A stretch of DNA of 64,000 bases from a virus (taxonomy: Duplodnaviria > Caudoviricetes): positions 32,001-96,000 of the IMG/VR virus record IMGVR_UViG_3300029305_001452; one strand, 5' to 3'. Every line of letters begins with the position of its first letter. Within the stretch, counting starts at the first letter, position 1. The translations under genes were made by a program, and so were the position numbers. Of the stretch, positions 8,671-18,826 are shown in pieces. Below the pieces are notes generated by a model that had not been told where the DNA came from, did not search any database, and was given only the letters and a program-made list of their open reading frames with translations.

Positions 8671-8982
8671 ATGTACACTTATCTCGTTGTTTTCGATTGC
8701 TTGGTGATGGCTGAGCCTTTCTTTCAGCACATCAAAGCCGACAGTCTTTCCGAATGTTGGGACAAAGCCTACAAGATGTCCCTTGAAATGCGTGAGTTGT
8801 CTGATGGCAACTTTGAGATTTATCGCCTTATGACCGATGAGGACTATTGTGCTGAGATGCCAGTTAGCAACGATGCACAATGTGATTGTCCCCTTGGCGG
8901 TGACATCACAAACGACTGTGATGGTTGTGCTTATGCTTGTGACTATCACTTTGTTGATGGCGAATGTGTCCGTAGACATTGA
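8671..8982 (+). CDS. hypothetical protein with Cys-rich C-terminus
   Basis: AGGAGG RBS; CPLGGD...CDGCAY motif. Confidence 0.75.
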   Translation: MYTYLVVFDCLVMAEPFFQHIKADSLSECWDKAYKMSLEMRELSDGNFEIYRLMTDEDYCAEMPVSNDAQCDCPLGGDITNDCDGCAYACDYHFVDGECVRRH

Positions 8983-9284
8983 TAGGAGGTGATACAGTAT
9001 GATGCACCATATTCACCACAACTCTTACCGTGTGTCTATATGGCACTTTATCAAATATGTCGTCAACACGAGGAGGCAACAACAATGACAGCTATCCTAT
9101 ATGTGAAAAGACCATTTTGTGAGGTCTTTGACGAAGTCACGAGGGGTCGTGGCTTCAATAATATCCAAGATGCTATCAACCATGCTTGTGACAGTAAACT
9201 CACCAATACTCGATGCGTTTACAAGATCACTATGGCTGAGAGTGGAGCGTCAAAAGTCTTTACGAAGAGTAGGAGGTAACAACA

Positions 9285-9665
9285 ATGACAGTATTTGACC
9301 GTATCAAGATCATGCCCAAGGACGAACTCCAGAAGTTCATCTACTACATCTACCTTTGTGGACACCTCAATGAACAATGTGATGTGGACGATGAGGTGTA
9401 CTACAAGCATGTACTCGATTGTCCTAGTGATGACATCGACAGCCTTATCACTTGGTTTGAAACCCTTGAGCCTGTGAAACTCCACCTCATTCCTCGTGAT
9501 GGTGGTGATCCGTACTACATCGACACCAAGTTCTACTCATTCGATGATGCCGCATCCTACATCAACAAGTATTATCGCTTTGTGACGAGGCTTGCTAATG
9601 GCAAATACACTACAAGTGCAGGAATATTCACCATTGTTCCTTGTAGTTGTAAATTAGCACCATGA
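9285..9665 (+). CDS. hypothetical protein
   Basis: AGGAGGT RBS. Confidence 0.75.
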   Translation: MTVFDRIKIMPKDELQKFIYYIYLCGHLNEQCDVDDEVYYKHVLDCPSDDIDSLITWFETLEPVKLHLIPRDGGDPYYIDTKFYSFDDAASYINKYYRFVTRLANGKYTTSAGIFTIVPCSCKLAP

Positions 9666-9840
9666 GAGGAGGTGATACCAATGTTCAGACATGAAGGCAC
9701 GATGTGTTGTTCCACTTGCTTTGAGGAGATGCACACACTCCTTACAGACAACCAAGGAAACCCCATAGCGTACATCTGCACCAACTGTGGTAAGCTAACC
9801 GATTTAACTGACGAACTGTAACAGAAAGGAAACACAAACT

Positions 9841-10170
9841 ATGAAAATCGTAAAACTGTATGACACCGTCTATGACATTCGTACCTTATACCGTAAGGCA
9901 AATACACCTGCACAGAGAGCTTTGGTAGGCTATATCATCAAGGCAGGTATGACACAAGACACCATTTTCGGTGGAGCATTTCAGCTACTGTGTGATGTGG
10001 AGCGTTGCATGAGTAATGAAACCATCTACACCATTCACAGTTATGTGGATCGTGAAACGGAAAACAAGATTTCCTATGTGGCACAGCTGGCACTCGATGG
10101 TAAGTTTGATGCCTTTACACTTCGTAAGGCAGATATGGATGCCATCGTAAGAAACTTGGCTGATTTCTAA
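9841..10170 (+). CDS. hypothetical protein
   Basis: AAGGA RBS. Confidence 0.75.
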   Translation: MKIVKLYDTVYDIRTLYRKANTPAQRALVGYIIKAGMTQDTIFGGAFQLLCDVERCMSNETIYTIHSYVDRETENKISYVAQLALDGKFDAFTLRKADMDAIVRNLADF

Positions 10171-10189
10171 GCGAAAGGAGGGAAATGAA

Positions 10190-10390
10190 ATGTTTGAAGA
10201 ACCTAGCTATAACCCCAGGTGGAACGGAAATGCAAAGAAGTACCTCGAAGCGAAATTGAGAATCCTTACAGACAAGCGAGGTTTCGATATTACTCCAACC
10301 AGAACGGAAATGGAGCATCTGAAAACTCTTAAAACACAAACGCAAATCGATAATGCAATCCTCAGCATCATCGATAGAAGATGGGGGTAA
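10190..10390 (+). CDS. hypothetical protein
   Basis: AAGGAGG RBS. Confidence 0.7.
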   Translation: MFEEPSYNPRWNGNAKKYLEAKLRILTDKRGFDITPTRTEMEHLKTLKTQTQIDNAILSIIDRRWG

Positions 10391-10715
10391 GGGAAATGCA
10401 AACTGTCGTCTTAATAATTGCCGTGCAAATTATCCTATTCGTCCTGTATGTCCTCATCTGTGGAGCAATTTACCTTTGGCAAGAGATTTGTGCCGACATC
10501 AAAAAGGCAAAGCGTCGTTTACGGCAAGGCATATGGGATCTCGAATGGGAATGGAAACTTTGGAAGAAAGGAGCGATTGAATGGATTACAAAATAGTCAA
10601 TGTCCGTGGTCATTATGAGGCATATGTCAACGGAAACTTCATATGCTCTGGTGACACTTGGAGCGAAGCCGTAAGGGAGGTTGAAGCATATCTATACGAA
10701 GGGAGATGAACGAAT

Positions 10716-11078
10716 ATGCTTTACAAAGTACGATTCGAGCTAATGGAAATGGTGCAACTTGTATGTGCTGTCAAGTATGCACTTGGTAAGGAACATGACC
10801 ACTTTCTCCAAATCTATGAGTGGAATGTCAAGGGAATTGAGGCACTCAGAAATGTAAGGGAAAAGATCCTTGCAGGTATGCATAACAACTGTGAGGTTGA
10901 ACTTGACCTAATGGAAATCGTGCAACTGTACTCAGCTTGTAGTATGGCTTGGCATCACGAAAAGGACGAAATGGAAAGACAACATACTGAGTGCAGACTT
11001 GAACAATATGCTCGTGCCATAAGCGAACTTGAAATGGCAAGAGAAAAGATACTTGCAGCTATGAAAGGAGCAAGGTAA
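10716..11078 (+). CDS. protein of two tandem ~55-aa helical repeats
   Basis: LMEMVQL...REKILAGM and LMEIVQL...REKILAAM. Confidence 0.75.
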   Translation: MLYKVRFELMEMVQLVCAVKYALGKEHDHFLQIYEWNVKGIEALRNVREKILAGMHNNCEVELDLMEIVQLYSACSMAWHHEKDEMERQHTECRLEQYARAISELEMAREKILAAMKGAR

Positions 11079-11267
11079 ATGATTAGACTTAAGATTGTGT
11101 GTCAAGGCAAAACACTTCTCACAACCTCTTGGCGTCACACACCGAGAATTGGTGAACTAATCCGTATGAACGGAGAACTGTACCTCATAACGGAAATTAT
11201 CCACGATGTTGACATGATGCAGTCCAACCGTGTATATGACATCATTGTTGAGGTGGAAAGGAGATAA
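11079..11267 (+). CDS. hypothetical protein
   Basis: coupled ORF. Confidence 0.65.
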   Translation: MIRLKIVCQGKTLLTTSWRHTPRIGELIRMNGELYLITEIIHDVDMMQSNRVYDIIVEVERR

Positions 11268-11272
11268 GGCAA

Positions 11273-11509
11273 ATGAGTAAGTTGTACCCCATCGTTAAGG
11301 AAGCAAAAACAATGTGTGGTTACAAACTACCAGATGACTACAATGGACCAAGGCAAACACTATACTACTGTCCTGTATGCAACCGAAGATTGTCTTGTCA
11401 CAAGGTAGATTATAACGATACCTTGGTGATTCTTCACAACCGTCAACTGAAACCTATTTACTGTCAAGGTTGTGGAAGCTTAATACATCCATTACCTAGA
11501 AAGGAGTAA
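11273..11509 (+). CDS. Zn-ribbon protein
   Basis: CPVC...CQGC. Confidence 0.65.
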   Translation: MSKLYPIVKEAKTMCGYKLPDDYNGPRQTLYYCPVCNRRLSCHKVDYNDTLVILHNRQLKPIYCQGCGSLIHPLPRKE

Positions 11510-11718
11510 TGGAAATGGCACTACTGAAAGAGGGAAGTTGCCTCCATCTAGTCAACGACTTTATCTGCACCGAAGGCAAACATCAAAACTACCCTTGTCC
11601 ATACAGAAACGATATCCACAACTGTATATGCTCAATCAAGGTCACAAAGGAAATGGTTGAGCAACTCAAAGAAACCGGATGCGTAAGCATTACTTACGAA
11701 AGGTGGCAAGGCAAATGA
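11509..11718 (+). CDS. hypothetical Cys-rich protein
   Basis: AAGGAG RBS; overlapping stop/start. Confidence 0.6.
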   Translation: MEMALLKEGSCLHLVNDFICTEGKHQNYPCPYRNDIHNCICSIKVTKEMVEQLKETGCVSITYERWQGK

Positions 11719-12047
11719 CAAAAAATGAAGCCGAAAAAATTCTCACATATGTTGCAAAAAACATTATTTCTCCACTCGCATTTGACGAAACACCTGCAAG
11801 AGAAGTTTGGTTAAGGTTAAGCGGAGATGACTTTAGTAAGCTATGCAAATTCGTACATGGCATGGTGGAAACAAAAACACGAAAGTTCTTCGACATCGAA
11901 ATAAGGGAAATCATCACCGAGGATGTGCTGAGTGATACACTCGAAGAACTTAAGGAGTGTGATCCTGACACATACGGAGATATCACCCTTGGACAGTATA
12001 TCAACAACTGTCTGACTATCAACAACGGAACTTTAGAGGAGGTATAA
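11715..12047 (+). CDS. hypothetical protein
   Basis: ATGA overlap with the upstream stop (MTKNE). Confidence 0.65.
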   Translation: MTKNEAEKILTYVAKNIISPLAFDETPAREVWLRLSGDDFSKLCKFVHGMVETKTRKFFDIEIREIITEDVLSDTLEELKECDPDTYGDITLGQYINNCLTINNGTLEEV

Positions 12048-12052
12048 GGCAA

Positions 12053-12331
12053 ATGGCAAGATATATCAAATGTGACAACTGTGGTAAAAAAATAAAATTC
12101 GGAGATGTTGCGCTTACGAAAGATTACGATGGTGTATATTGCTCTGATGAGTGTTTTGCAGATGTTTTTTCAAGTGCATTTACTGTAAGCAAAGACTCTG
12201 TGTATGATTTGGATTGCAAAGTCTACGATGACGATGCAAGAAAGGAGGAGATTAAAAGGGAAATGGAAGAACACAAGCAAGCCATAGGAAAATTGCTGAA
12301 AGAGTTTGAACTCTTAACAGCACAAAATTAA
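12053..12331 (+). CDS. Zn-finger (TRASH-like) protein
   Basis: CDNC...YCSDEC. Confidence 0.65.
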   Translation: MARYIKCDNCGKKIKFGDVALTKDYDGVYCSDECFADVFSSAFTVSKDSVYDLDCKVYDDDARKEEIKREMEEHKQAIGKLLKEFELLTAQN

Positions 12332-12345
12332 CGGAGGTAGTACAA

Positions 12346-13239
12346 ATGGCAACTGTAAAATGCAATCCAAATAACTCGTGTGTTGACTGTAAAAACAACG
12401 GTGTAAACATCAAGATCACAAACAAGTGCAATTGCAACTGTGATTTTTGTGTCGAAAAGGGAGGCTTGGTAACGGAAGAGAAATCCGTTGAAACTCTAAT
12501 TGCAGCAACAAATATGCTCGATTATGACAATGTTCTTATCCTTGGTGGTGAGCCGTTGATGTATGAGCATCTCGAAGAGTACCTAAGTGGTATCACAAAT
12601 AAGAAAATTTATCTCACCACAAACGGAACTATGCTGACAGACGAGATGGCAGAAATGCTTTCCAAGCACCTAACGGCAATCAATATCTCAATGCACCATT
12701 TCACCGAAGAAGCGAACCGACAAGTGTATAAGAATGACAAGTATACATTCCAGAATATTATGTCTGCAATAAGGGTTTTCAATCAACATAATATTCCAGT
12801 TCGTATAAATGCAAACTTGGTCAAGGGAATTTTAGACACCAAGAAAGCAGTTAAGCGAATGATTTATTTTGCACAATTTATGGGTGCAAACTCCATCCGA
12901 TTTGCAGAGTTGCAAAATTGTGAGGAGTTATGGGTTGACTCTTCCAATCTCTTTAAGGATCTTCCCGAGAACCCATATGTTGACGGATGTGAAAAGGTTG
13001 TTTATGAAGAAGATGGCTTCAAGGCAACTGTAAAAATGACCTGTGGATTTGTTAATGCACTCAAAGAAAAACCCAACGACCCTACTCGTAAGCAAACAGA
13101 ACGGAAAGTTATTTATCCAGACGGTGAGGTGCTGAATGGATGGTATAACATTCGTGATGGAGTTGCAATATACCACGGCAAAACACAGCCTACAAGAACT
13201 GTGTATGAGTATGTTAATAGTGTTCAAAGTTGTTATTAA
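12346..13239 (+). CDS. radical SAM protein
   Basis: CxxxCxxC (CNCNCDFC), GGEP and TTNG motifs. Confidence 0.9.
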   Translation: MATVKCNPNNSCVDCKNNGVNIKITNKCNCNCDFCVEKGGLVTEEKSVETLIAATNMLDYDNVLILGGEPLMYEHLEEYLSGITNKKIYLTTNGTMLTDEMAEMLSKHLTAINISMHHFTEEANRQVYKNDKYTFQNIMSAIRVFNQHNIPVRINANLVKGILDTKKAVKRMIYFAQFMGANSIRFAELQNCEELWVDSSNLFKDLPENPYVDGCEKVVYEEDGFKATVKMTCGFVNALKEKPNDPTRKQTERKVIYPDGEVLNGWYNIRDGVAIYHGKTQPTRTVYEYVNSVQSCY

Positions 13240-13315
13240 GGAGGTGTGACCAATGTATCATACACAAGGCAAATCAACAGTACAAAATTAATAAGCGAAA
13301 GGAAGATGATTTATT

Positions 13316-14890
13316 ATGCTAACAACAAGCGAAAGGAACTATTTACTAAACTCCATGCAAGAGCTACTTGTAGAGTATGATTATGAATACTCTGTAAGTG
13401 CCCTTGAGGATATCATTAACGAGTGGGCTTGTGAAAAGGCAAGTCTTATCCAAGCCTTTAAGAAACACCCCAACTACCTTGAAGGCAAATTTATGATTGC
13501 CTTTGATGCGGACTATGAAAGAACTATCGACAGAACTGCATCTGTAGCGTTCAGCCAATGGCTTAGATATAATGTCATGGGCAAAATGAGAGAAAGTTTA
13601 CCAAGGGAAATCTCTGAGGGTCTTTGTGATTGGGATGTGTTGCCTATGGGCATCTACAACTTCTTCTACTACCTTGAAAACTATGCCGAAAGAACTGTTT
13701 CTGATGGCACAGCCGAATACTTAAATCACTGTGTGCCTAGTCTTCATGTCCATGTAGGTCAAAAGACAAGTCGTGTTGTAAACAAACTTTGCCAATATCT
13801 TGGCTATGACAAGGCAGATGATTACAACAGAGAATTTGCAAAGTATGCAGACTCTCTTAGCCCTATGGTCATCAAGAGGCATACAATTCTGAGCATCAAC
13901 CCTCTTGACTACTTAACTATGTCCTTTGGTAACTCTTGGGCATCTTGCCACACTATTGACAAGGAAAATAAGCGTCGTATGCCTAACAACTACAGCGGTT
14001 GCTATAGCTCTGGAACTATCAGCTATATGCTTGACGGAACTTCTATGGTGCTTTACACAGTAGATGCTTCCTATGACGGAAACGAGTATTGGACTCAACC
14101 GAAAATTAACCGTCAAATGTTCCACTATGGCGAGGATAAACTTGTACAAGCGAGATTATATCCTCAAGATAACGACCGTGATGATAAGGCATATCTTCCT
14201 TACAGAAACATCGTGCAACAAATCATGTCTATAATCTTTGAGTTCCCTAACTTATGGGTGCTTAAGAAAGAGAACTATCCTGCAACTAAGTGTGTATACT
14301 CTCGTGGAACTCACTACCGTGACTACGAGTGCTACAGAAACTGTAATGTATCCTACATCAAGGGAAGTGAAAACACAAATTATATGTATGTTGGTGCCGA
14401 TCCGATTTGCATCGAGTGTGGCGACAGACATAGCGAAAGCGAAAACATCAACTGTTGCAGAACTGGTCATAGATGTGCAGCATGTGGTGAGTGGGTTAAC
14501 GGAGAAGACGAGATTTGGGTTGGTGATGATTGCTACTGTAGAAATTGTGTAGAATACTGTGACCGTTGCCACGAATATCACCGTGGAGAAAGCACATATA
14601 TCGAAAGCGAAGACAGATATGTATGTGAAGACTGTTTAAGAATGTGGTATTCATACTGTGATAGTTGTGGTGAATATGAACACGAAAACAATATGGTATG
14701 GATTGAGTGCGAAGACAGATATGTGTGTGAAGATTGTGCCGATCAATACTATGTATGTTGTGACGACTGTGGTGAGTATTTCCCAAAAGAAAGCGTAAGC
14801 GAATATGATGGTTACTTAATGCTTTGCAACGATTGTTACGATGAAAGAATCGAGCAAGACAAAGAAGACCATAACGAGGACGAAGAATAA
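13316..14890 (+). CDS. large phage protein with WASCH domain and C-terminal CxxC Zn-finger array
   Basis: NPLDYLTMSFGNSWASCH motif; about 10 CxxC pairs; paralog of 17056-18363. Confidence 0.8.
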   Translation: MLTTSERNYLLNSMQELLVEYDYEYSVSALEDIINEWACEKASLIQAFKKHPNYLEGKFMIAFDADYERTIDRTASVAFSQWLRYNVMGKMRESLPREISEGLCDWDVLPMGIYNFFYYLENYAERTVSDGTAEYLNHCVPSLHVHVGQKTSRVVNKLCQYLGYDKADDYNREFAKYADSLSPMVIKRHTILSINPLDYLTMSFGNSWASCHTIDKENKRRMPNNYSGCYSSGTISYMLDGTSMVLYTVDASYDGNEYWTQPKINRQMFHYGEDKLVQARLYPQDNDRDDKAYLPYRNIVQQIMSIIFEFPNLWVLKKENYPATKCVYSRGTHYRDYECYRNCNVSYIKGSENTNYMYVGADPICIECGDRHSESENINCCRTGHRCAACGEWVNGEDEIWVGDDCYCRNCVEYCDRCHEYHRGESTYIESEDRYVCEDCLRMWYSYCDSCGEYEHENNMVWIECEDRYVCEDCADQYYVCCDDCGEYFPKESVSEYDGYLMLCNDCYDERIEQDKEDHNEDEE

Positions 14891-14913
14891 GTTTTCTAAA
14901 ACAGAAAGGAGAA

Positions 14914-15870
14914 ATGATTATGAACAAAACATTTGAATCCATTTGCAAAATGTCCCAAAAGCAACTTAAGAGCCATGTGGCAAAGGAGTTGGTTAAGACT
15001 CACGAAAAGGTATATGTGGGTGATGGATATGTGTATGCACAAGGCAGTTTCCCTGTGCTTTTGGTTGCCCACTTGGACACAGTACATGATAAACTTCCGT
15101 CTGTAATCCTATACGATGCACACAAGGACAGATATTCAAGCCCTAACGGAATTGGTGGTGATGACCGTTGTGGTGTATATATGATCTTCGAGGTCATCAA
15201 AAAGTTCAACTGCTCTGTGCTATTCTGTGAAGATGAGGAAACAGGTGGAATTGGTGCGAAAAAGTTCATCAAAACAGATTTGGCAAAGGAATTAGAGTTT
15301 AACTATGCCATTGAGTTTGATCGTAAGGGAAATAAAGACGCCGTATTCTACGACTGCGACAACGAAGAATTTGAGGAGTTTATCACAAAGGAGTTCTACG
15401 ACACAGCATTTGGTAGTTTCTCCGACATTTCTACCCTTGCACCGTTTCTGAAGTGTGCAGCCGTAAATCTTTCTTGTGGGTACTACAACGCACACACAAA
15501 GGGAGAATATGTCGTTTTAAAGGAAATGAACGCAAGCATTGAGGCAGCTTGTAAAATCCTTGAGCGTACAACCGAAAAGGATAAGTTTGAATACATTGAA
15601 GCCAAATATACAAGATGGTACAACAACGGTTATTACAGCGGCTTTAACTCCTATGGTGGCTACGGTTATAACGGATATGGGTATTGGAATGGATATGAAG
15701 AAGATTATGACGATTACTTTTATTTCGTAATCGAGTTTGAGAATGCAGGCAAAGTCGACTGGTTTGACACATATGCCTCTTCTGAAGCCGAAGCAATCGG
15801 TCGTTGCCTTATGAGATATCCGAATGTGCCTTACTGTAAAATCCTTGACATTTGTAAGGAAAAGATATAA
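14914..15870 (+). CDS. M28/M20-family Zn peptidase-like hydrolase
   Basis: AHLDT, GGDDRCG, DEETG, FDRKG and GYYNAHT motifs. Confidence 0.8.
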   Translation: MIMNKTFESICKMSQKQLKSHVAKELVKTHEKVYVGDGYVYAQGSFPVLLVAHLDTVHDKLPSVILYDAHKDRYSSPNGIGGDDRCGVYMIFEVIKKFNCSVLFCEDEETGGIGAKKFIKTDLAKELEFNYAIEFDRKGNKDAVFYDCDNEEFEEFITKEFYDTAFGSFSDISTLAPFLKCAAVNLSCGYYNAHTKGEYVVLKEMNASIEAACKILERTTEKDKFEYIEAKYTRWYNNGYYSGFNSYGGYGYNGYGYWNGYEEDYDDYFYFVIEFENAGKVDWFDTYASSEAEAIGRCLMRYPNVPYCKILDICKEKI

Positions 15871-15915
15871 GGGGCGTTTATGCCCCTAAAACGAATTAAG
15901 TGAGGTGAAAAACAA

Positions 15916-16248
15916 ATGCCTTATAAAAGCGAAAAGATAAAGCTTGACCCAAGCCAAGATCGTCGTAGAAAGCTGACGGAAGAACAGAAAAAAGAAATCC
16001 GTAGGATTTACAAAACGGGTGTATGTGGCACAAGACCGTTAGCAAAGCAGTTTGGTGTGAGTCGTTCAACTATTCAAGTAATTGTCAACCCAAGTATAGC
16101 CGAAAGGCATAAGAAAAGAATGAAAGAGCATTGGAGGGATTATAAGCCGTCAAAAGAAGAGTGGGCAGCCACAATGAGAGAGCATCGTCACTATAAGCAA
16201 GAACTATATCTCAAGGGAGAACTTAACACTAATAATACGGAGGATTAA
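15916..16248 (+). CDS. HTH DNA-binding protein
   Basis: KLTEEQKKEIR...LAKQFGVSRSTI. Confidence 0.75.
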   Translation: MPYKSEKIKLDPSQDRRRKLTEEQKKEIRRIYKTGVCGTRPLAKQFGVSRSTIQVIVNPSIAERHKKRMKEHWRDYKPSKEEWAATMREHRHYKQELYLKGELNTNNTED

Positions 16249-16250
16249 AA

Positions 16251-17039
16251 ATGCAAGTTTTATTGAGAGCGTATAACGGTGAATGTTATGTTTGGAAGCA
16301 GGCAAAATTCAACGGACTTAGATTTGTTGTGGAAAATAATCCAGTACCATATGAGCGGATTGTTTCTGTGCAAAACGATAATAGAAAAAATTATCTTTTG
16401 TGTCCGAGTTGCTTTGAGGTTGTTAAGAGAGATCCGAAAAAGATTGCTCAACATAAAAAGGGACACAACAATTGGAAGAAGTGTCTTACATGTGAATACT
16501 TTTACCCCAATTGTGTGGAAACAATTTCTCGGAAAACCGTAATGAATAAAGATGGCTCGTATACACACAAAGAAATTCACAAGGTTGTACCTCAATGTAC
16601 ATCTAACTCCTATTGGAGTTATGCCAATATTGGTACAGAAGATGCAGAAGGCAAATGTAAATATTGCAACTGTGCAACCACAGAATTACAGGATATTCAC
16701 GACATCTTTACGGATCAGCCAGGTGTGTTCGACGACATTATTACTGTCGATAAGGTTATTGACGCTGGATATACTACAAAATCGAAGTTTAGTGCCTCGT
16801 GTTATGGATACAGGCTAAATGGTCAGAACGACATTGAGGCAATAGTTAACGGCATTAACATTGTTGACCACTTTATTGTAAGGGTATGTGGTAAAAAGTA
16901 TAGGGTGTTTTATTCTAAAAAATACGACAAGCTGTATTGGGCAAACGATGAAGGCAAATATGTAGTATTCAATGGTCGTAACGCCGGTGCAATTGCGTAT
17001 GTCGAAATCAAAGAGCAAATTTCCAAACTGTATAACTAA
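16251..17039 (+). CDS. hypothetical Cys-rich protein
   Basis: 262-aa ORF with GGAGG RBS. Confidence 0.75.
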   Translation: MQVLLRAYNGECYVWKQAKFNGLRFVVENNPVPYERIVSVQNDNRKNYLLCPSCFEVVKRDPKKIAQHKKGHNNWKKCLTCEYFYPNCVETISRKTVMNKDGSYTHKEIHKVVPQCTSNSYWSYANIGTEDAEGKCKYCNCATTELQDIHDIFTDQPGVFDDIITVDKVIDAGYTTKSKFSASCYGYRLNGQNDIEAIVNGINIVDHFIVRVCGKKYRVFYSKKYDKLYWANDEGKYVVFNGRNAGAIAYVEIKEQISKLYN

Positions 17040-17055
17040 ACGGAGGTAAACAAAT

Positions 17056-18363
17056 ATGCAGAAGACAGATTTAAGGGAAAAATGGGGTTGTTATTGTGAC
17101 ACCGATAAACTGGTGGACGATGTTATGGCATTGTTGTCTAGATATCATCATACAAACACAGAACACGGAGTTTGTGTAATGCTAAATGAGTATTTTGAGC
17201 ACAAGCAACCCCTCATTGATATGTTCGAGAAATCTAAAACATATATTGGCGATATGAGAATTGTCATAGATGTAGAGCTTGAAAGAACGATTGATGGGCG
17301 CGAGTTAAGAAATTTCTGTAATAATTTTCCCGCAGATGTAAACGCTGAACATGTATTTTTAAAGTTTACTGACGAAAACGGAAAGACACTTCAAGACTAT
17401 TTGAAAGTGGGAGTTGGAGGATTTAAAGCAAAAGATCTCAGAAATATCGATCTTGTTACAAAACTCAAAGCGTGTGCGGAAAATCAAGGGAAGTTTCATG
17501 CAGACGGATGTACAAAAGAATCCTATGGTAAATTTATAGACTTCGGTGATATGATTTGTTCTTTCGGATATAACCCCGCGTCTACACTGAACGACGAACT
17601 TGCTAATTGTTTGACACAAGCCAAAATTAATGCTACATTTGTACGGGGAATGAAAACAAGTCGTGCGTTTAATCGTTTCTGTGCCGCATATGGTGTAGAT
17701 AAACTGCCGAACTATAATAAGCTATTTGCCCAGTATGCAGACATGGTGTCTGGTCTGAAACGGAAAATGAAGTTTTATATCAGCCTAAATCCCTTGGATT
17801 ATCTGACAATGAGTTTCGGTAACTCTTGGGCGAGCTGTCATACAATCGATAAGAGAAACGAGCGGCGTATGCCTAATGATTATGAGGGCATGTACTGCGG
17901 TGGCACCATGTCCTATATGTTGGATAGCACCTCTATCATCACATATGTGCACAACAATGCAACAACAGATGTTGAGGTTGGTAAGATTTACAGAAATATG
18001 TTCCACTATAACGAGGGAACTTTAATTCAGGGCAGAATCTATCCTCAGGGAAATGATGGCGCAACGGATTTGTATCAAACCTTTAGAGAGGTTGTACAGG
18101 AAGAGTTCTCTAAATTGCTGAATTTGCAGAACAACTCTTGGATTAAGAGAACCTGTGGTTGTCATGACAATGCACTAACTTGTGGTGTGCATTACGAAGA
18201 CTACTTCCATTATTCTGGATGTAATGTGTCTTATCCTAGAGAAATGCCTCTTGCTGGTAGCCATGTTGTAAACATTGGCAGTCAGAGAGTTTGCCCCAAG
18301 TGTGGAGAATATATCTCTGACGGTTATAACAGAGGCAGATTAGTACACGATTATTGTGAATAA
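17056..18363 (+). CDS. WASCH-domain protein, paralog of 13316-14890
   Basis: identical NPLDYLTMSFGNSWASCHTIDK block; GTxSYMLD; RxYPQ. Confidence 0.8.
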   Translation: MQKTDLREKWGCYCDTDKLVDDVMALLSRYHHTNTEHGVCVMLNEYFEHKQPLIDMFEKSKTYIGDMRIVIDVELERTIDGRELRNFCNNFPADVNAEHVFLKFTDENGKTLQDYLKVGVGGFKAKDLRNIDLVTKLKACAENQGKFHADGCTKESYGKFIDFGDMICSFGYNPASTLNDELANCLTQAKINATFVRGMKTSRAFNRFCAAYGVDKLPNYNKLFAQYADMVSGLKRKMKFYISLNPLDYLTMSFGNSWASCHTIDKRNERRMPNDYEGMYCGGTMSYMLDSTSIITYVHNNATTDVEVGKIYRNMFHYNEGTLIQGRIYPQGNDGATDLYQTFREVVQEEFSKLLNLQNNSWIKRTCGCHDNALTCGVHYEDYFHYSGCNVSYPREMPLAGSHVVNIGSQRVCPKCGEYISDGYNRGRLVHDYCE

Positions 18364-18382
18364 TTATTAAGGAGGAATAAAT

Positions 18383-18793
18383 ATGAGCGTATCAAGAGTC
18401 GACAAAAAGAAAGAAGCCATAAAAAGAATGGAGGTGTTAGACATCTATTCAGAAACTATAAGGCAATTCGAGTATGAGGGTCTTATAAGTTATAGTGAGC
18501 CACCGCTTGGTACAAACTACTGGCTGACAGAAGAGCGAAGAGAGATCGTGAAGAAGTTTGAAGAAGAACATAACGCACTTGTATACTTCGCAGCTACTTC
18601 TTATACGGAGTTTGGTAGATTGGATGCGTTCTTATATGTGTCCGACTACGAGGATGAATGGAAGGAAGACATGGAATATCTGAAAGATGGATATGTATAC
18701 GCATATGTATACAACTATGACTGTCCTGAGTTTTCTGAAATTGGTCTTGTAAGAGTTCAGCCGAGATTTGGCGGACTTGTAAGAATTGGTTAA
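18383..18793 (+). CDS. hypothetical protein
   Basis: AAGGAGG RBS. Confidence 0.75.
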   Translation: MSVSRVDKKKEAIKRMEVLDIYSETIRQFEYEGLISYSEPPLGTNYWLTEERREIVKKFEEEHNALVYFAATSYTEFGRLDAFLYVSDYEDEWKEDMEYLKDGYVYAYVYNYDCPEFSEIGLVRVQPRFGGLVRIG

Positions 18794-18826
18794 ACAATAC
18801 AAAATTAATAATTGGAGGTATGTGTT

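Noticed and set aside
13253-13291. 12-aa ORF after the radical SAM gene as a RiPP precursor
   Set aside because: It has an RBS but ends inside the 17-bp motif and looks like a truncated remnant; the enzyme shows no SPASM or RRE domain.
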